Shown here one piece after another: positions 62,166-64,000 of a DNA stretch of 64,000 bases. The DNA is from a virus. Made by a program: the position numbers and the translations under genes. Under the pieces are notes generated by a model. That model was not told the DNA's origin and did no database searches. It was given only the letters and a program-made list of their open reading frames with translations. Each line of letters opens with the position of its first letter. Within the stretch, counting starts at the first letter, position 1. The stretch lies in IMG/VR virus record IMGVR_UViG_2881155292_000002; one strand, given 5' to 3'.

Positions 62166-62491
62166 CAATGGACGAACTCATCAAGGCCGTGAAAAGCCTC
62201 ATCAGCGACATCGAGAGCATGCAGCTCGTCCCTGACGATCGAAATGCATCCGAATGGGTCTGGTTCGGTCCCTTCTCTGAATGGGAGACCGGCGATGGCA
62301 CGGTCGAAGTCGAGTGGCCGAACCTAACCATCTCACTTGAGACAGTGAAGAAGCTGCTCGAATCCAAGACCATCGACGGCCAGGTTGTCGACAAGCAGAA
62401 GGCTCTCGACAACGCCCTGCTCAAGGGCCAGGGCCGCGAGGTCGACCTGGCGCTCAACCAGCTGCACGTACCCGGAGCATTCAAGAAATGA
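62162..62491 (+). CDS. hypothetical protein
   Basis: Coupled ORF. Confidence 0.65.
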   Translation: MTMDELIKAVKSLISDIESMQLVPDDRNASEWVWFGPFSEWETGDGTVEVEWPNLTISLETVKKLLESKTIDGQVVDKQKALDNALLKGQGREVDLALNQLHVPGAFKK

Positions 62492-62688
62492 AAATCAGCG
62501 AACTCATCAACACCCTGCAGCAGATCCAGGTGACCTATGGCGACATCGCCATCACCGGCGGCGCCATGCTCGATGACGTCCCGCTCTCGCAGGTCAGCGT
62601 CACTGACGTCGAGGGCATGGAGGTCTGGCCGCACGACCCCAATGGCGTGGCCGGCAAGCACAAGATCGACGGGGTCTTCTTCCAATGA
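62488..62688 (+). CDS. hypothetical protein
   Basis: 'MKISELINTLQQIQVTYGD' is a common phage small-protein start. Confidence 0.65.
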   Translation: MKISELINTLQQIQVTYGDIAITGGAMLDDVPLSQVSVTDVEGMEVWPHDPNGVAGKHKIDGVFFQ

Positions 62689-63068
62689 GCCTGGTCTTTG
62701 TCTTTGGCTCCAACACATCCGGCCGGCACGGCAAAGGCGCTGCGCTGGCCGCCAGGCGCTACCACGGCGCTGTCTATGGCGTCGCCAAGGGCATGACGGG
62801 CAACAGCTACGCCCTGCCCACCTGCAACGATTACTTCCAGCCTCTATCGCTCGATCTCATCAAGGACGAGGTGGAAGACTTCCTGGGCTTCGCCGCTGTC
62901 AATCCGCAGCTGGGCTTCCAGGTAACCCGAATCGGCTGCGGCCTCGCCTATTACAAGGACGAGGACATTGCTCCGATGTTCCGCCAGGCGCCGCAATTCA
63001 ACGTCTTCTTCGACGAGAAATGGAGGCCGTTCCTCGGGAACGGGTATGACTATTGGGGGAGCTTCTAA
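62685..63068 (+). CDS. macrodomain-like phage protein (A1S_2505-like family)
   Basis: 'VFVFGSNTSGRHGKGAA', 'SYALPT', 'FQVTRIGCGLAYY...IAPMF'. Confidence 0.75.
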   Translation: MSLVFVFGSNTSGRHGKGAALAARRYHGAVYGVAKGMTGNSYALPTCNDYFQPLSLDLIKDEVEDFLGFAAVNPQLGFQVTRIGCGLAYYKDEDIAPMFRQAPQFNVFFDEKWRPFLGNGYDYWGSF

Positions 63069-63115
63069 GCCTGATTCTAAAGGTCCTGGGCATCGCCCTG
63101 GCCATCACCAGAGAA

Positions 63116-63144
63116 AGGTCGCTGAGAAATCAGCGGCCTTTTTT
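63116..63144 (+). terminator. intrinsic terminator
   Basis: aggtcgctga-gaaa-tcagcggcct-ttttt. Confidence 0.8.
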
Positions 63145-63181
63145 GCATCTCCCTTCTGCTACCACAACAAGGAGACCATTC

Positions 63182-64000
63182 ATGTTTCAACTGCTCAGAC
63201 AAGCCGAGATCGGCCCGGAACCAGAGGGCATGGACACCTCCCGAGCGCTCGAGTTCCAGATCGAGATCGAGAAGCTCTTCCACAAGAACCAGCTCTTCCC
63301 GCGGATCAAGGGCGAGTTCACCAACTGCAAGGAGTTCGACTTCGAGAAGCACATGCGGGCCAACAGCATCGAGCCGGAGTTCGGATTCGATCTCCTGGTT
63401 CAGATGGTCCTCAACAAGCGAGCGCCGTTACAGACCCTGGTGGGCGCCCTGCGCAAGCATTTCGACGGCGACTGCCAGAAGACCGCCGACGAGCTCGTCA
63501 AGGCTGTGTCGGCCGACCTGGTCGACTGGAGCCCTGTCGCTCGCCAGTTCGTCGTGCGCTACGGCATCTCGCCCGACATCCAGGAGGATCTCGATCGCTA
63601 CCAGTATCCGCTACCGATGGTGGTCAAGCCAAAGGAGCTGACCTGCAACCGCTCCAGCGGCTACTACACCGGCAAGGATTCGGTCATCCTGCGCCACAAC
63701 CACCATGAGCTCGACGTCTGTCTGGACCACCTCAATGCGGTCAACAAGACCAAGTTCAAGGTGAACCAGCAGGTGGCAACCACCGTCAAAAACCGCTGGC
63801 GCAACCTCGACAAGCCCAAGCCCGACGAGGAAGCCGGCGAATACCAGAAGCGGGTCAAGGCGTTCGAGAAGTTCAACAACTCGGCTTTTGATGTGATGCA
63901 CCATCTTGGTTTGGCTGCTGAAGGTGAATTTTATTTCACCCATAAAGTGGACAAACGGGGCCGCACATACTGTCAAGGCTACGTTTGCAACTATCAGGGC
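63182..64000 (+). CDS. RNA polymerase subunit 1 (N4 gp15-like), truncated by the window end
   Basis: Translated by hand: 'YQYPLPMVVKP', 'VILRHNHHELDVCLDHLN', 'FYFTHKVDKRGRTYCQGYVCNYQG'; AAGGAG RBS; open to the end of the window. Confidence 0.92.
   Translation, partial: MFQLLRQAEIGPEPEGMDTSRALEFQIEIEKLFHKNQLFPRIKGEFTNCKEFDFEKHMRANSIEPEFGFDLLVQMVLNKRAPLQTLVGALRKHFDGDCQKTADELVKAVSADLVDWSPVARQFVVRYGISPDIQEDLDRYQYPLPMVVKPKELTCNRSSGYYTGKDSVILRHNHHELDVCLDHLNAVNKTKFKVNQQVATTVKNRWRNLDKPKPDEEAGEYQKRVKAFEKFNNSAFDVMHHLGLAAEGEFYFTHKVDKRGRTYCQGYVCNYQG

Noticed and set aside
1-64000. tRNA genes, CRISPR arrays, integrase, IS elements
   Set aside because: No cloverleaf with a T-loop GTTCRA, no repeat-spacer array, and no recombinase or DDE motifs noticed by eye; tRNAscan was not run. 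The Cas4-like fold of gp42 is a core N4 nuclease, not CRISPR.

Overview
The whole window is the genome of a lytic N4-like phage (Schitoviridae-type), most likely infecting an alphaproteobacterium (Rhizobiales-like is an inference from ~60% GC and the style of the tail and lysis genes). The sequence is circularly permuted. It opens in the middle-gene region, with small ORFs, thyX, an endonuclease VII-type homing endonuclease, an H-NS-like protein, helicase, family A DNA polymerase, PD-(D/E)xK nuclease, primase, HNH, Sak4-like ATPase, SSB and RuvC-like resolvase on the + strand. It then crosses the - strand late block: 3505-aa virion RNA polymerase, ejection proteins, capsid, portal, lysis cassette, two tail fibre/spike genes and terminase. 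An AT-rich non-coding zone at ~55.4-55.9 kb probably holds the physical genome ends. The early region follows, with N4-type hairpin promoters, gp1/gp2 homologues, NADAR, SLOG and macro-like genes, and the window ends inside RNAP subunit 1. The most notable observations are: (i) a three-domain Gp49-family fusion that may be a multi-ligand anti-defence sponge; (ii) an early ADP-ribose-handling trio; (iii) a homing endonuclease whose C-terminus duplicates that of thyX; (iv) an H-NS-like protein with an acidic N-terminal extension; (v) a CCACA-N6-TGTGG palindrome in three intergenic regions and a transcription-oriented GATAATC motif. Three clear and one probable single-base frameshifts fall in G/C homopolymers and most likely reflect sequencing error. 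All family assignments come from motif recognition and recall; no searches were run.
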